A stretch of 44,919 nucleotides of DNA from an uncultured Bacteroidia bacterium (GCA_902799895.1 CADCCI010000041.1:1-44919); one strand, 5' to 3'; shown: positions 9,573 to 19,729, numbered from the stretch's first letter. Notes: generated by a model not told the origin, from the letters alone. Numbers and translations: made by a program.

Positions 9573-11527
9573 AAAGCTTTCTTTTTCAGGACAAGCGTCG
9601 TGTTATAGATACTGGTCAGCGACTCGTACCAGGCACGGACGTCCTTATAGGCCTCGGTGGGCGCAAAATAACTATCCAGGACAAAGGAGAAACTCATCGA
9701 AACGATGTTCGGGTCCGTCTGGCGGAACTGGACCATGGCCTGGCTCTTGATGCCCTGGGCTTTGTACGCCGCCGTCTTGGGCAATTCCACCAACTCGTAA
9801 CCCTCCGGGATGGTCATGTTTACATTATAATTGATCCGATAAGGATACATAAAGTCCACCGGAACGCGACGGACTTCCTCTTTAAACGTGGAGGCATCGT
9901 GGAAATTGAGCAGGAAAAGATTCACGTACAACATGTCACCTGCCACTTCCTGCTGTTTTTCGAACGAATAATCCATCCGGACCTGGGGGGTATATTCATC
10001 GGCGCCGGCAATCTTGAATTGATCTACCGTCAGGTTGTGGTCTTTCTCAATGAATTTATCCACAAAAGCCTCCTGGTCGCTCGCTTTCTTATATGACCGT
10101 TTGACTGTCTGGGAGAGATTGTTGAACAGCTTCTCGGAGATTTCTCCCGTCATCAGGCCTTCCTCATCCACCGTAACGTTTGCCGAAGCCAGGTAGATAT
10201 TCCGGCAAAGGCTGCGAAGGTTCACCCAGCTGCCCTGGCCTTCCAGCGACAGCAGGCGGGCCTTTTCCACCAGGAAATTATCCGACAGTACATTCAGGTA
10301 ACCATCCGCAGGAGCAGCATCCAGATAAAAGGTCTGCCCGGCCGGCGACGTCACCTGAAGGATAAATGTATCATAGGCATCGACGGACACGTGGAAGGGT
10401 ACCAGATTACCATTGGAACGCAAACGGACCAGGACCGGTTTCACATCGTACCCGGCCGCACGGAGGGCGCTCCCGGTCAGGGCGTTCAGGTCTGCCCGGC
10501 TCCCCGTCCCGTTTTTCACCACCTCGGCGGCATTCGCGGGAATCAGGCGGTTATTCTTATCCCAGGTCACGCGGGTAGCCACCAGGTTACGGATGGCGAC
10601 AATCTTTTCCTCATCGGTGCGGTCCGATCCCGCAATAGCCGCCACCTCGTCCTTGAAGCGGGTGGTTGCCTTGATGCCGCGGACAATGTTGGACTCCACG
10701 ATCATCTGGTCCACATTCTCCCAATCGGCCGTATAATCTTTATAATATATTCCCGGAATCTCAAAACTGCGGATCTGATACAGCACACTCAAGCGATACT
10801 GATCGATATCATACAAAAAATCCTCGTCCTGGATGGCAGGGATGTCATAGCACGCAAACTTATCCGCATACACCCGGTAATTCAGCATGGTACGATCTTC
10901 CATCTGATGATCCAAATTCTCGAAACCGCGGGATATCCGGTTCACTTTCAAGTATTCCGGGACAGCCACCTCCGCCGTCGCCCAGTTTACCGGAATGGCG
11001 TATTGGAAGTAAATGTCATCAATATTCCACACGCGGGTGCGGAAGGTGTATTCCGTTTCGATGACCGAGCCTACTTTTACGTTCTGGGCGGAAAAAGCCA
11101 CCCGTTTGATGGCATCGGTATAATCCTCCCGAAAAACGTAATCCTTGCTCATCTTCGTGGCCACCACCGACCCGTTCTCCAGATTATAGGTGGTGACCTT
11201 TATGCCGGATATGAATTCTCCCGCAGTGCTATTAGTACTGTAGAATTCCTCATAATCACCGTACTCCTTCCCGGCTTCCTTCAGGACTTTAACCCGCTCA
11301 CGCTCTTTTTTGATAAAAGAGAAACCGCCCGGATCAATCTCCACGCTATAATTTACCTCCTTATACAAGTACAAGGCTACGGCCGAAGTATCCAGCGGAT
11401 ATACGGTCATCTCCAACTCGGCTTTGGAAACATTGCCGAACTTCTTGTCTATCTTGATGCTCTGGGCAGAAAGGCTGACCGATGCCAAGACCAGCATCAA
11501 ACACGCGAGAAGGATTGTTTTTTTCAT
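9569..11527 (-). CDS. DUF3857 + degenerate transglutaminase-like domain protein
   Basis: Signal peptide; KFGNVSKAELEM, VKVGSVIE, YFQYAIPV and YLDAA motifs; GTGSRADLN occupies the GxGDC position. Confidence 0.82.
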   Translation of the reverse strand: MKKTILLACLMLVLASVSLSAQSIKIDKKFGNVSKAELEMTVYPLDTSAVALYLYKEVNYSVEIDPGGFSFIKKERERVKVLKEAGKEYGDYEEFYSTNSTAGEFISGIKVTTYNLENGSVVATKMSKDYVFREDYTDAIKRVAFSAQNVKVGSVIETEYTFRTRVWNIDDIYFQYAIPVNWATAEVAVPEYLKVNRISRGFENLDHQMEDRTMLNYRVYADKFACYDIPAIQDEDFLYDIDQYRLSVLYQIRSFEIPGIYYKDYTADWENVDQMIVESNIVRGIKATTRFKDEVAAIAGSDRTDEEKIVAIRNLVATRVTWDKNNRLIPANAAEVVKNGTGSRADLNALTGSALRAAGYDVKPVLVRLRSNGNLVPFHVSVDAYDTFILQVTSPAGQTFYLDAAPADGYLNVLSDNFLVEKARLLSLEGQGSWVNLRSLCRNIYLASANVTVDEEGLMTGEISEKLFNNLSQTVKRSYKKASDQEAFVDKFIEKDHNLTVDQFKIAGADEYTPQVRMDYSFEKQQEVAGDMLYVNLFLLNFHDASTFKEEVRRVPVDFMYPYRINYNVNMTIPEGYELVELPKTAAYKAQGIKSQAMVQFRQTDPNIVSMSFSFVLDSYFAPTEAYKDVRAWYESLTSIYNTTLVLKKKAL

Positions 11528-11531
11528 GTTA

Positions 11532-12584
11532 TTAAAGATTAGTTAGGGAATCAGCGAGGGCGCGATAGGCCAGGCATACCGAATCCAGGGCGGCGCGGTT
11601 TTCGGGGCGGATGGGGTCCGAATTGTGACGGATCTTCACGGTATTGCCGCCTCCCCCGCCCCAGCCGGCGCTGAGGACGGTACCGTCACCGATACTCATC
11701 ACAGGCGTGCCCGTGGGCGCGGCGTAATCGACCGCGGTATGCGGCTTCACCACCCCCGTGACGGGATGCTTGCGATGATAGGAGAAACCGCTGCTGATGC
11801 GGGTAAACTTCAGCGGCGCTTTCAGGAAGGCTTTCCGGAGGCTTTCGCCCCGGTCGTTCCAATAGATGTTGCCGCCGTCTCCCTGGTCGAACATAATGGC
11901 CGGGATTTCCTTCCCCGAAGCCGGGGAAAAGACGGCATAGTAGAGCGTATCCACATCAATGACCTCGCCTTCGCAGACCTTCTGGCTGTACACCACACGG
12001 AAGCGGTCGTCCTTCTGCAAACCGAAGAAATCCACCGTCCAGGCATAGACCTCGGCCAGTTGGGAAATCAGATAGGCGGGCGCACCGGCGGCCACCATAT
12101 CGTTCCACAGCGAGGTGCGGATGGTTATATCGGCATATTTCAGCTGGCGCTCGACCGGTTTGGTCACCCGCCACACCGCAAGCGAATCGGCGCAGCGAAA
12201 CACCGTCCGGTGCACGCGGTCGTTCTCGTACACCACGTATTCGAGCCGATGCATGGTGGAATCTACGCGATAGTAGGCGTGCCAGTGGTTGCCGGCGCGC
12301 ATCTTGCGCACGTCGAAGACCGTATCCAGCCGCGATGCCAGCACATAGGCATCGGCATCGTCCATCCCCAGCCGGACCATCAGGCCCGAGAAGGTCTCGC
12401 CGTTTCTTACCTCACCTTCCACCACGTCCAGCGAATCCTCCCAGAACCCCAGCGGCGGCAGCGAGTCCACCACCGCCGCCTCTTCCGCCGCACCGGAGGA
12501 ACGGTGGAAACGGCAACCTGTAAAGCAAGCAAGGCCCAGAACAATGGCCAGCAACAGGGCGGTCCGATAGCTGTTATTTAGCAT
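11532..12584 (-). pseudogene. M23 family peptidoglycan endopeptidase (MepM-like) with an apparent in-frame deletion of the catalytic region
   Basis: FLKAPLKFTRISSGF, HPV, HTAVDYAAPTGTPV and GNTVKIRHN are present, but the sequence jumps straight to the C-terminal helix (SDPIRPENRAALDS) with no YxHL or GPHLxF motif. Confidence 0.75.
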
Positions 12585-12589
12585 AACTA

Positions 12590-12617
12590 CAAAGATAATA
12601 AAAAATACTTATATTTG
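12590..12617. promoter_or_regulatory. Bidirectional promoter pair (M23 gene / trmO)
   Basis: CAAAGATA (12590-12597), 12 nt, TATATTTG (12610-12617); the ATGs follow 5 nt and 3 nt downstream respectively. Confidence 0.75.
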
Positions 12618-12620
12618 CGT

Positions 12621-13316
12621 ATGCGAATCGAACCCATAGCAGATTATTGCGGGCCGCTGCCCACCAAATTCGGTGTCCCGCGCCAGAGCGGACTGGCCGC
12701 CGGCCTTCCGGGAGAGATTGTCTTCCGGCCGGAATTCCGCAGTGCCGATGCGGTACGCGGACTGGAAGGCTTCGACCGGATCTGGCTCATCTGGGAGTTT
12801 TCGCAGAACCCTTCCGATGGCCCCTTCCAGGCCACCGTCCGCCCGCCCCGCCTGGGCGGGAACGCCTCCCTGGGCGTCTTCGCCACCCGCTCCCCCTTCC
12901 GCCCTAACCGGCTGGGATTGTCGTGCGTAAAGCTGGAGCGCATCGACCTTTCCGACCCCCGGGGACCCGTGCTGCACGTCCTGGGAGCCGACCTCATGGA
13001 TGGCACGCCGGTCTACGATATCAAACCGTACGTCCCTTATGCCGATGCTTTCCCGGATGCTCGCGGCGGCTTTACCGACACTTCCGCCTGGGAGCCGCTG
13101 GAGGTGGTGTTCGAGCCGGCCGCGCAGGAAATCCTGGCCGCACAGCCCGACCCGGCGGCCCTTCGCGCCCAACTGGAAGAGGTGCTTGCCCAGGACCCCC
13201 GGCCCCGCTTCCACCACGACCCCGAGCGCATCTACGGCATGCCTTTCGGTCCCTTTGACATACGTTTTCAGGTGAGGGGGAAGGTGCTGAGCGTGGTGGA
13301 GATTGTGCCGGACTAA
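12621..13316 (+). CDS. trmO: tRNA m6t6A37 methyltransferase TrmO (TsaA)
   Basis: KFGVPRQSGL, TVRPPRLGGN, GVFATRSPFRPN and DGTPVYDIKPY motifs. ATG 12621 preferred to TTG 12615. Confidence 0.93.
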   Translation: MRIEPIADYCGPLPTKFGVPRQSGLAAGLPGEIVFRPEFRSADAVRGLEGFDRIWLIWEFSQNPSDGPFQATVRPPRLGGNASLGVFATRSPFRPNRLGLSCVKLERIDLSDPRGPVLHVLGADLMDGTPVYDIKPYVPYADAFPDARGGFTDTSAWEPLEVVFEPAAQEILAAQPDPAALRAQLEEVLAQDPRPRFHHDPERIYGMPFGPFDIRFQVRGKVLSVVEIVPD

Positions 13317-13324
13317 ACCGGTGC

Positions 13325-13354
13325 TTGTATTTTTGCAGATTTTTTCTATATTCG
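13325..13354 (+). promoter_or_regulatory. Probable promoter of the flavoprotein operon
   Basis: TATTTTTG at 13328-13335, or alternatively TTG-N19-TATATTCG (13347-13354), in an AT-rich intergenic gap. Confidence 0.5.
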
Positions 13355-13399
13355 CATCGTATATATTGAAAAGAATATAGCTTTAACCACGCAAGGGAT

Positions 13400-14785
13400 A
13401 TGAATAGACGTGATTTCCTGTCTGCCGCAGGAATGCTGGCCGCAGCCGGCACCCTTCCCGGTCTGGCCTCCGCCTGCACCGGAACCACCCTCAACAACAA
13501 GGGGATCCCGACCCAATACGACACCGACATCCTCATCGCAGGAGGCGGCCCCGCCGGCGTGTGCGCCGCCATCGCGTCCGCGCGCATGGGCGCCCGGACG
13601 CTTATCGTCGAAACCGGCAACTGTCTGGGCGGCATGGCCACCAAAGGCCTTGTCTCCCCTTTCATGACCTGTTACGACAGCGCCGGAGAACAGATGATCA
13701 TCCGCGGTCTCTTCGAAGAGATTCTCGACCGCATGGTCGCCCGCGGAGGGGCCCTGCATCCTTCCGGGATTCGCCATACGACCCCCTACTCGGCCTGGAT
13801 CACGGCCGGACACGACCACTGCACCCCCTTCGAAGCCGAATGCATGAAACTCGTCCTGGACGAGATGGTGGCCGAAGCCGGCGTAGAGGTCCTCTTCCAC
13901 TCGCAATTCGTAAGTCCGATTCTGAAAGGAAAGAACCTCAAGGGAGCCGTCCTCCTGACCCGCAAAGGGCTGGAAGGCGTCAGCGCCCAGGTGGTGATCG
14001 ATGCCACCGGCGACGGCGACGTAGCCTTCCGCGCCGGCGTCCCGTGCGAATTCGGCAACGAAGCCCTGGGCAAGGTCCAGCCGTGTACGATGTTCTTCCA
14101 CATCAACAACGTGGATTCCGCCCGGCTGGAGGCCGACGTACAGGCTCACCTGCACGAATTCCGAAAGGTGGACGGCGTCAGCTACCGCGCCCTGCACTGG
14201 CGGGTGGCCGAGGCCGAGGCGGCCGGGAAATGGGACATCGCCCGCAAGAGCGTGAATATCTACAAATGCGTCCAGGACGATGAATGGGCCGTGAACTGCT
14301 CGCGCCTTCCCAATGTCGATTCCACCGACCCGGCCAGCCTGAGCGCCGCCGAAAGCACCGGCCGCAAGCAGGTCGACGCCCTGATGGACTTCTTCCATAC
14401 CTTCGTCCCCGGCTGCGAAAACGCCACCCTAATGTGCTCGGGTTCCATCGTGGGCATCCGCGAATCGCGTCACGCCCGGGGCGAGCACGTCCTCACCGCG
14501 GAGGAACTGATTGAAAGCATCGTCCCCGAAGACAGCATCCTCGTAGCTTCGAATTCGGTCGATGTGCACGGCGGCGGCAAGAGCGCCCTCAGCACTACCT
14601 ATACCACCATCAAGGGCAAATGGTACGGTGTCCCCTACCGTTGCCTGGTTCCCGTGGAGGTAGACGGCCTGCTGCTGGCCGGCCGCTGCCTGAGCGCCAC
14701 TTCCGACGCCGCGGGTGCCGTCCGGGTGATGCCGCCCGCCATGGCGATGGGCCATGCCGCCGGTGTTGCCGCCGCCCTGGAATAG
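13400..14785 (+). CDS. FAD-dependent oxidoreductase (PF12831-like) with Tat/lipoprotein signal; C-terminal helix missing
   Basis: MNRRDFL twin-arginine motif, lipobox-like LASAC, IAGGGPAG, VIDATGDGD, GIRESR and YGVPYRCLVP; ends about 27 aa earlier than its two paralogues. Confidence 0.85.
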   Translation: MNRRDFLSAAGMLAAAGTLPGLASACTGTTLNNKGIPTQYDTDILIAGGGPAGVCAAIASARMGARTLIVETGNCLGGMATKGLVSPFMTCYDSAGEQMIIRGLFEEILDRMVARGGALHPSGIRHTTPYSAWITAGHDHCTPFEAECMKLVLDEMVAEAGVEVLFHSQFVSPILKGKNLKGAVLLTRKGLEGVSAQVVIDATGDGDVAFRAGVPCEFGNEALGKVQPCTMFFHINNVDSARLEADVQAHLHEFRKVDGVSYRALHWRVAEAEAAGKWDIARKSVNIYKCVQDDEWAVNCSRLPNVDSTDPASLSAAESTGRKQVDALMDFFHTFVPGCENATLMCSGSIVGIRESRHARGEHVLTAEELIESIVPEDSILVASNSVDVHGGGKSALSTTYTTIKGKWYGVPYRCLVPVEVDGLLLAGRCLSATSDAAGAVRVMPPAMAMGHAAGVAAALE

Positions 14786-14788
14786 TAT

Positions 14789-16075
14789 ATGAGCCTTCTG
14801 AAAGAATCTCAACGCAAATGGGTGATCGTCGCGATGATGTTCCTCGCGATTATCTGCAACTACCTGGACCGGCAGCTGCTGTCCATCCTCAAACCCGAAA
14901 TCCTGGACCACTTCTCCATTGGCGACTTCGAGTACGCCTGGATTGTGAACGTGTTCCTGCTCTGCTACGCCATTATGTACCCCATCTCGGGTATCCTGGT
15001 AGACAAGTTCGGGCCGAAGAGCGTCATGCTGGGCGGCATCACCGTCTGGTCGCTCGCCTGCATCGGTGCCGGATGGGCCCCCAACGTATGGGTCTTCGCC
15101 GCCTGCCGCGGTGTCCTGGGCCTGGCCGAGCCGACCATCTTTGCCGGCCAGATCGTAGCCGTCACCCTGTGGTTCGAGAAAAAACAGCGCGCCACGGCCA
15201 ACAGCCTCTGCACCATCGGCGGCTCGCTGGGAGCGGTGGTCGCCCCCATCGTGATTGCCTGGCTGATGGGCCTGCTGGGTTACTGGCAGCACGTATTTGT
15301 CATTTCCGGCGTCGTGGGCCTGGTGATTGCCTTCCTGTGGATCTTCATCTACAAGACCCCCTCGGCCGACATCCTGGCCAAGACCGTGGGCAGCGAGGTT
15401 AAGACCGACTCCGGCGAGCAGAAAGCCTTTACCTTCAAGGGGCTCTTCAAGACCAAGACGCTCTGGGGCGGCATCCTTATCCGCCTGGTGAGCGACCCGG
15501 TCTGGTATTTCTGCTGCTTCTGGCTGCCCGGCTTCCTGCGGGGAATGGGCGCCCGCGAAGGCTTGACCAACGAACAGACCCTGAATATGATCCAGTGGAT
15601 CGGCGGTATCCCCTTCCTGGTGGGAGCCATTGGCGGTATCCTGACCTCCGCCTGGTCCGACGCCCTGGTGAAGCGCGGAAAACCGGCTCTGGATGCCCGT
15701 AAATCCATGCTCATCACCATCGCCTGCCTGGCTCCGCTGTGCATGACCGTACCCTTCATCAACGGTGCCGAAGGCCTGGCCTTCGCCTGGAAGGTGGGCC
15801 TGGTCATCGCCGTATTCAGCCTGGTGGCCGTGATGTGCCTGAGCTGGCTGTACACGATTCCGGTGGTATTCGCCGAGACCTTCCCCGTGAAGAACATCGC
15901 CTCGGTGATGGGCCTCTCCTGCGGCGCCGGCGCCCTGGGCAGCATGGTCTTCAACCAGTTCGTCGGCAGCATCCCGGAGAGCGGCTGGAAGATCCTCTTC
16001 ATCCTGATGGGTGTCCTCCACCTGGTCGCCTCGCTCATCCTGTGGAAACTTGTCCGTCCGGAACATGCTGAATGA
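14789..16075 (+). CDS. MFS transporter (ExuT / anion:cation symporter-like)
   Basis: NYLDRQLLSIL, GILVDKFG, RGVLGLAE, WFEKKQRATA and DPVWYF...WLP motifs; about 12 TM segments. Confidence 0.9.
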   Translation: MSLLKESQRKWVIVAMMFLAIICNYLDRQLLSILKPEILDHFSIGDFEYAWIVNVFLLCYAIMYPISGILVDKFGPKSVMLGGITVWSLACIGAGWAPNVWVFAACRGVLGLAEPTIFAGQIVAVTLWFEKKQRATANSLCTIGGSLGAVVAPIVIAWLMGLLGYWQHVFVISGVVGLVIAFLWIFIYKTPSADILAKTVGSEVKTDSGEQKAFTFKGLFKTKTLWGGILIRLVSDPVWYFCCFWLPGFLRGMGAREGLTNEQTLNMIQWIGGIPFLVGAIGGILTSAWSDALVKRGKPALDARKSMLITIACLAPLCMTVPFINGAEGLAFAWKVGLVIAVFSLVAVMCLSWLYTIPVVFAETFPVKNIASVMGLSCGAGALGSMVFNQFVGSIPESGWKILFILMGVLHLVASLILWKLVRPEHAE

Positions 16076-16096
16076 TAATCAAATAAATACATCGAT

Positions 16097-17461
16097 ATGA
16101 AAACAATCCACGAACCCGCAAGGGAAATCCCCGTACGCGCCGAAGCCGACATCGTCGTGGTCGGCGGCGGTCCTTCCGGCATCATGGCGGCTTATTCCGC
16201 AGCCGGAGAAGGCAAAAAAGTCATGCTCCTGGAAAGCCGCGGCTACCTGGGTGGCAACCTTACCATCGGCCTCCCCATCCTGGCCTTCCTGGACGTAAAC
16301 GGCAAACAGTGCGTCCGCGGCCTGGCCCAGCAGTTCATCGACCGGCTGGCAGCCAGGGGCGCCGCCACCGGCCACAAGCGCTGCAAACTCCACATGAGCC
16401 TCACCATCATCGATTCCGAAGAAGCCAAGAACGTGGCCCTGGACATGATGAAGGAGAAAGGCGTGGAGGTGCTCATGTATGTTTTCTGCGCGGGCGTAGT
16501 GAAAGATGGGGATGCCGTCAAGGGCGTCATCGTGGAATCCAAGAACGGCCGCGAAGCCATTCTGGCCAAGACCGTCATCGACTGCACCGGCGATGCCGAT
16601 GTGGCCTGGCGGGCCGGTGTCGTTACCCACAAGGGAGACAAGGATGGCGGCCTCCAGCCTCCGACGCTGATGTACAACATGCGCGGAGTGGATATCCAGA
16701 AACTGCGCGACGCCATCGTCCTGCATCCCGAAGACTTCGATATGGACACCATGCCCAAGGAGCAGTTCAAAGAAGGCAAGTTCATCACCGTGGGCCTGCG
16801 CCAGCGCATCAAACTGGCCCAGGAAGCCGGTCTGAACATTCCCGTGGCCCGCACCATCCTCATCACCGGCTTGAATCCGGACGAGATCTGGGTCAACATG
16901 ACCCGCGTGAGCGGCGTGGATTCCACCCGTCCGGAAAGCTATACCCGCGGAGAAATCGTGGCGCGCGACCAGATGAAAGACATCACGGCCTACCTCAAAC
17001 GCTTCGTCCCGGGCTTCGAAAACGCCTGGGTCGATAAGGTGGCGCCCTTCATGGGCATCCGCGAAAGCCGCGAAATCGAGGCCGAATACATGCTCACCGG
17101 CGACGATATCGTCTATAGCCGCCGTTTCGACGACGTGATTGCCTGCGCGGGTTATCCGTTGGACATCCACCACTCCACCGGCGGAGACTGCACCATGGTC
17201 TTCACCAAGGACAACCATGACATCCCCTATCGCTGCCTGGTACCCAAGGGCGTGAAGAACCTGCTGGTAGCCGGTCGCTGCTCGGGTTATACCCACGAAG
17301 CGATGGCCGCCACGCGCGTCATGTCCACGTGCATGGCCGTCGGTGAAGCCGCCGGTCGCGCCGCCCGCATCGCCCTGGATGAGGGCGTCGAAGTGGGTAA
17401 GGTTAACGTAAAAGCCGTTCAGAAGGAGCTGCGTGAAACCGGTGCCTACCTGGGAGACTAA
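16097..17461 (+). CDS. FAD-dependent oxidoreductase (PF12831-like)
   Basis: VVGGGPSG, LGGNLTIG, VIDCTGDAD, GIRESR, IPYRCLVP and LVAGRC motifs; appears intact. Confidence 0.88.
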   Translation: MKTIHEPAREIPVRAEADIVVVGGGPSGIMAAYSAAGEGKKVMLLESRGYLGGNLTIGLPILAFLDVNGKQCVRGLAQQFIDRLAARGAATGHKRCKLHMSLTIIDSEEAKNVALDMMKEKGVEVLMYVFCAGVVKDGDAVKGVIVESKNGREAILAKTVIDCTGDADVAWRAGVVTHKGDKDGGLQPPTLMYNMRGVDIQKLRDAIVLHPEDFDMDTMPKEQFKEGKFITVGLRQRIKLAQEAGLNIPVARTILITGLNPDEIWVNMTRVSGVDSTRPESYTRGEIVARDQMKDITAYLKRFVPGFENAWVDKVAPFMGIRESREIEAEYMLTGDDIVYSRRFDDVIACAGYPLDIHHSTGGDCTMVFTKDNHDIPYRCLVPKGVKNLLVAGRCSGYTHEAMAATRVMSTCMAVGEAAGRAARIALDEGVEVGKVNVKAVQKELRETGAYLGD

Positions 17462-18811
17462 ATGATGAAAGAGATTCAAGAACCCGCACGGTCCATTCCC
17501 GTTCGCGACGAAGTGGACGTGCTCGTGGTCGGCGGAGGCCCCGCGGGCCTGATGGCAGCCCAGGCGGCCGCCATCAACCCGGACGGAAGCCGTTCCGGCC
17601 TGAAAGTGATGCTCATTGAAAGCCGCGGTACCCTGGGCGGAAACATGACCCAGGGCCTGCCGCTGTTGGGATTCCTGGGGCGCAAGGGCAACGAAGTCAT
17701 CAAGGGACTCCCCCTCCGCTTTGTCGAACGCCTGCGCGAGCGCGGCCAGGCCACCCATCACCGCGCCTGTCCCCTACATGTAAGCCTCACGATGATTGAC
17801 CCGGAAGGCACCAAACGCCTGGCCTGGGAAATCATGGAAGAGGCCGGGGTCAAGGTGCTGATGTATGTCTTCTGCGCCGAGGTCATCAAGGAAGGGAAGT
17901 ATGAGGACCTGCCCGGTCATATTAAGGACAACATCGTGCTGGATGCGGATGGCAAGTTCGTTTTCGTTGAAGGCTCTCGACTGCCGCCTACGCTTATGTT
18001 TTCCATGCGCGGGGTGGATTCCCGCAAGCTGCGCGACGCCGTGGCCGACCATCCCGACATCTACGATATCGACTTCCTCCCGAACGAGTTCTTCCGCGCC
18101 AGCGACAACTGCACGATGGTCGGTTTCCGCAACCAGATCCGGCAGGCCCGCGAGCAAGGGTACGACATCCCCGTGGAGCGCACCATCTTCATGACCGGTA
18201 TGGCCGATGACGAATGGTGGGTGAACATGTCCCGCGTGAACGGGATCGATGCTACCGATCCCGAGCAGTACACCCGCGGCGAGGAGATCTGCATCCGGCA
18301 GAATGCCGAGATCGCCCGCTACCTGAAGGCCTTCATTCCCGGATTCGAACATGCGTACGTAGACCGCGTCGCGCCCTTCATGGGCATCCGCGAAAGCCGC
18401 CGCATCGTGGGAGAATACGTGCTCACCGAGCAGGACATCTTCGACTGCGCCCGTTTCCCGGACGCTATCGGCGTGGCATCCTATCCGGTAGATTTGCATC
18501 ACCCCGTAGGCGGTGACTGCACCCTGATGTGGTGCCCCGACTGCTACGATGTCCCCTATCGCAGCCTGGTTCCGAAAGAGGTGGACGGCCTGCTCTGCGC
18601 CGGCCGCAACATCTCCGCCACCCACCTGGCCCTGGCCTCGGTGCGGGTGATGGGACCGGCCATGTGCCTGGGAGAAGCCGCCGGTAAAGCCGCCCAACTG
18701 TGCGTCCGCACCGGTGCGCAGCCCCGCACGCTGGACGTGGGACGACTGCAGCAAGAATTAAAGGCCGAAGGCGTATATTTCCGCCCGGATGAGCCAACGA
18801 ATAAAGAATAG
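17462..18811 (+). CDS. FAD-dependent oxidoreductase (PF12831-like) with an internal replaced segment
   Basis: Collinear with the upstream paralogue except at 17900-17983, where 28 unrelated codons replace a 48-aa segment that includes VIDCTGD. Confidence 0.8.
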   Translation: MMKEIQEPARSIPVRDEVDVLVVGGGPAGLMAAQAAAINPDGSRSGLKVMLIESRGTLGGNMTQGLPLLGFLGRKGNEVIKGLPLRFVERLRERGQATHHRACPLHVSLTMIDPEGTKRLAWEIMEEAGVKVLMYVFCAEVIKEGKYEDLPGHIKDNIVLDADGKFVFVEGSRLPPTLMFSMRGVDSRKLRDAVADHPDIYDIDFLPNEFFRASDNCTMVGFRNQIRQAREQGYDIPVERTIFMTGMADDEWWVNMSRVNGIDATDPEQYTRGEEICIRQNAEIARYLKAFIPGFEHAYVDRVAPFMGIRESRRIVGEYVLTEQDIFDCARFPDAIGVASYPVDLHHPVGGDCTLMWCPDCYDVPYRSLVPKEVDGLLCAGRNISATHLALASVRVMGPAMCLGEAAGKAAQLCVRTGAQPRTLDVGRLQQELKAEGVYFRPDEPTNKE

Positions 18812-18813
18812 TT

Positions 18814-19727
18814 ATGCATTTTCTGAATAAGTTCAAAGTCTTTGCCGCCCTGGCACTCATCTTAGCCGGTTGCTGCTGCCAGGCCGCCCGCCGTCCCCAG
18901 GGACAGTACCGGGTGATGACCTGTAATATCCGCATCACCGGACTGGAAGCGGACGATCCCTATCCCGAACGCGTCTGGGAGAATCGCCGGGACCTGTGCA
19001 TCCAGACCATCAAGGACGAAAAGCCCGACTTCTTCTGCCTGCAGGAGGTCATTTACGATTCCTATAATTATTTTGTAGAGAAGTTCGGGAAAGACTATTA
19101 TTTCTATGGCTTCACCGGCCCCGAGATGGACCCTTGGACCGACGGCTACCATTTCATCGGAAAGAACGTCATCTTCTTCCGCAAAGACCGCTTCGAGTGG
19201 GTATCGGCCAGCTGCTACTGGCTCTCCGAGACCCCGACCATCGCCGGCAGCGTTTCGTGGGAAACCAACCGCGCCCGCCATTGCAACTGGGTGCGCATCC
19301 GCGACCGCAAAACCGGCCGGGAGATGCGTCTGGTGAACACCCACCTGGACCACAAGAGCGATCCGGCCCGCCGCGAACAGATCAAGATGATTATGGAGGA
19401 ATGCGCTCTCTATCAGGCCGATATGCCGCAAATCCTCTGCGGCGACTTCAACGCCGGCATCAAGAGGGCATCAAGAGCGCACCCATCCAGTATATCCGCA
19501 CGCAGGATGGCTGGAAGGAGATGTACGAAGATATCCACGGTCCCGCCGAAGCGGGCTTCACCTGCCACAGTTTCCTGGGCGAGGAGCACAAACCCGGCCG
19601 GCGGATCGATTTCATCTTCTACCACGGCCCCATCCGCACCCTGGATGCCGTTATCATGAAAAACCATGTTGGGAATATGTATCCCAGCGACCATTATTTT
19701 GTAAAAGCCGATTTTAAACTGGAATAA
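18814..19727 (+). pseudogene. Endonuclease/exonuclease/phosphatase (EEP) family lipoprotein, frameshifted by an 11-nt tandem duplication
   Basis: Lipobox LAGC; MTCNIR, LQEV, NTHLDH and GDFN lie in one frame, RIDFI and SDH in another. GGCATCAAGAG is duplicated at 19456-19477; removing one copy restores a 300-aa ORF. Confidence 0.85.
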
Positions 19728-19729
19728 AA

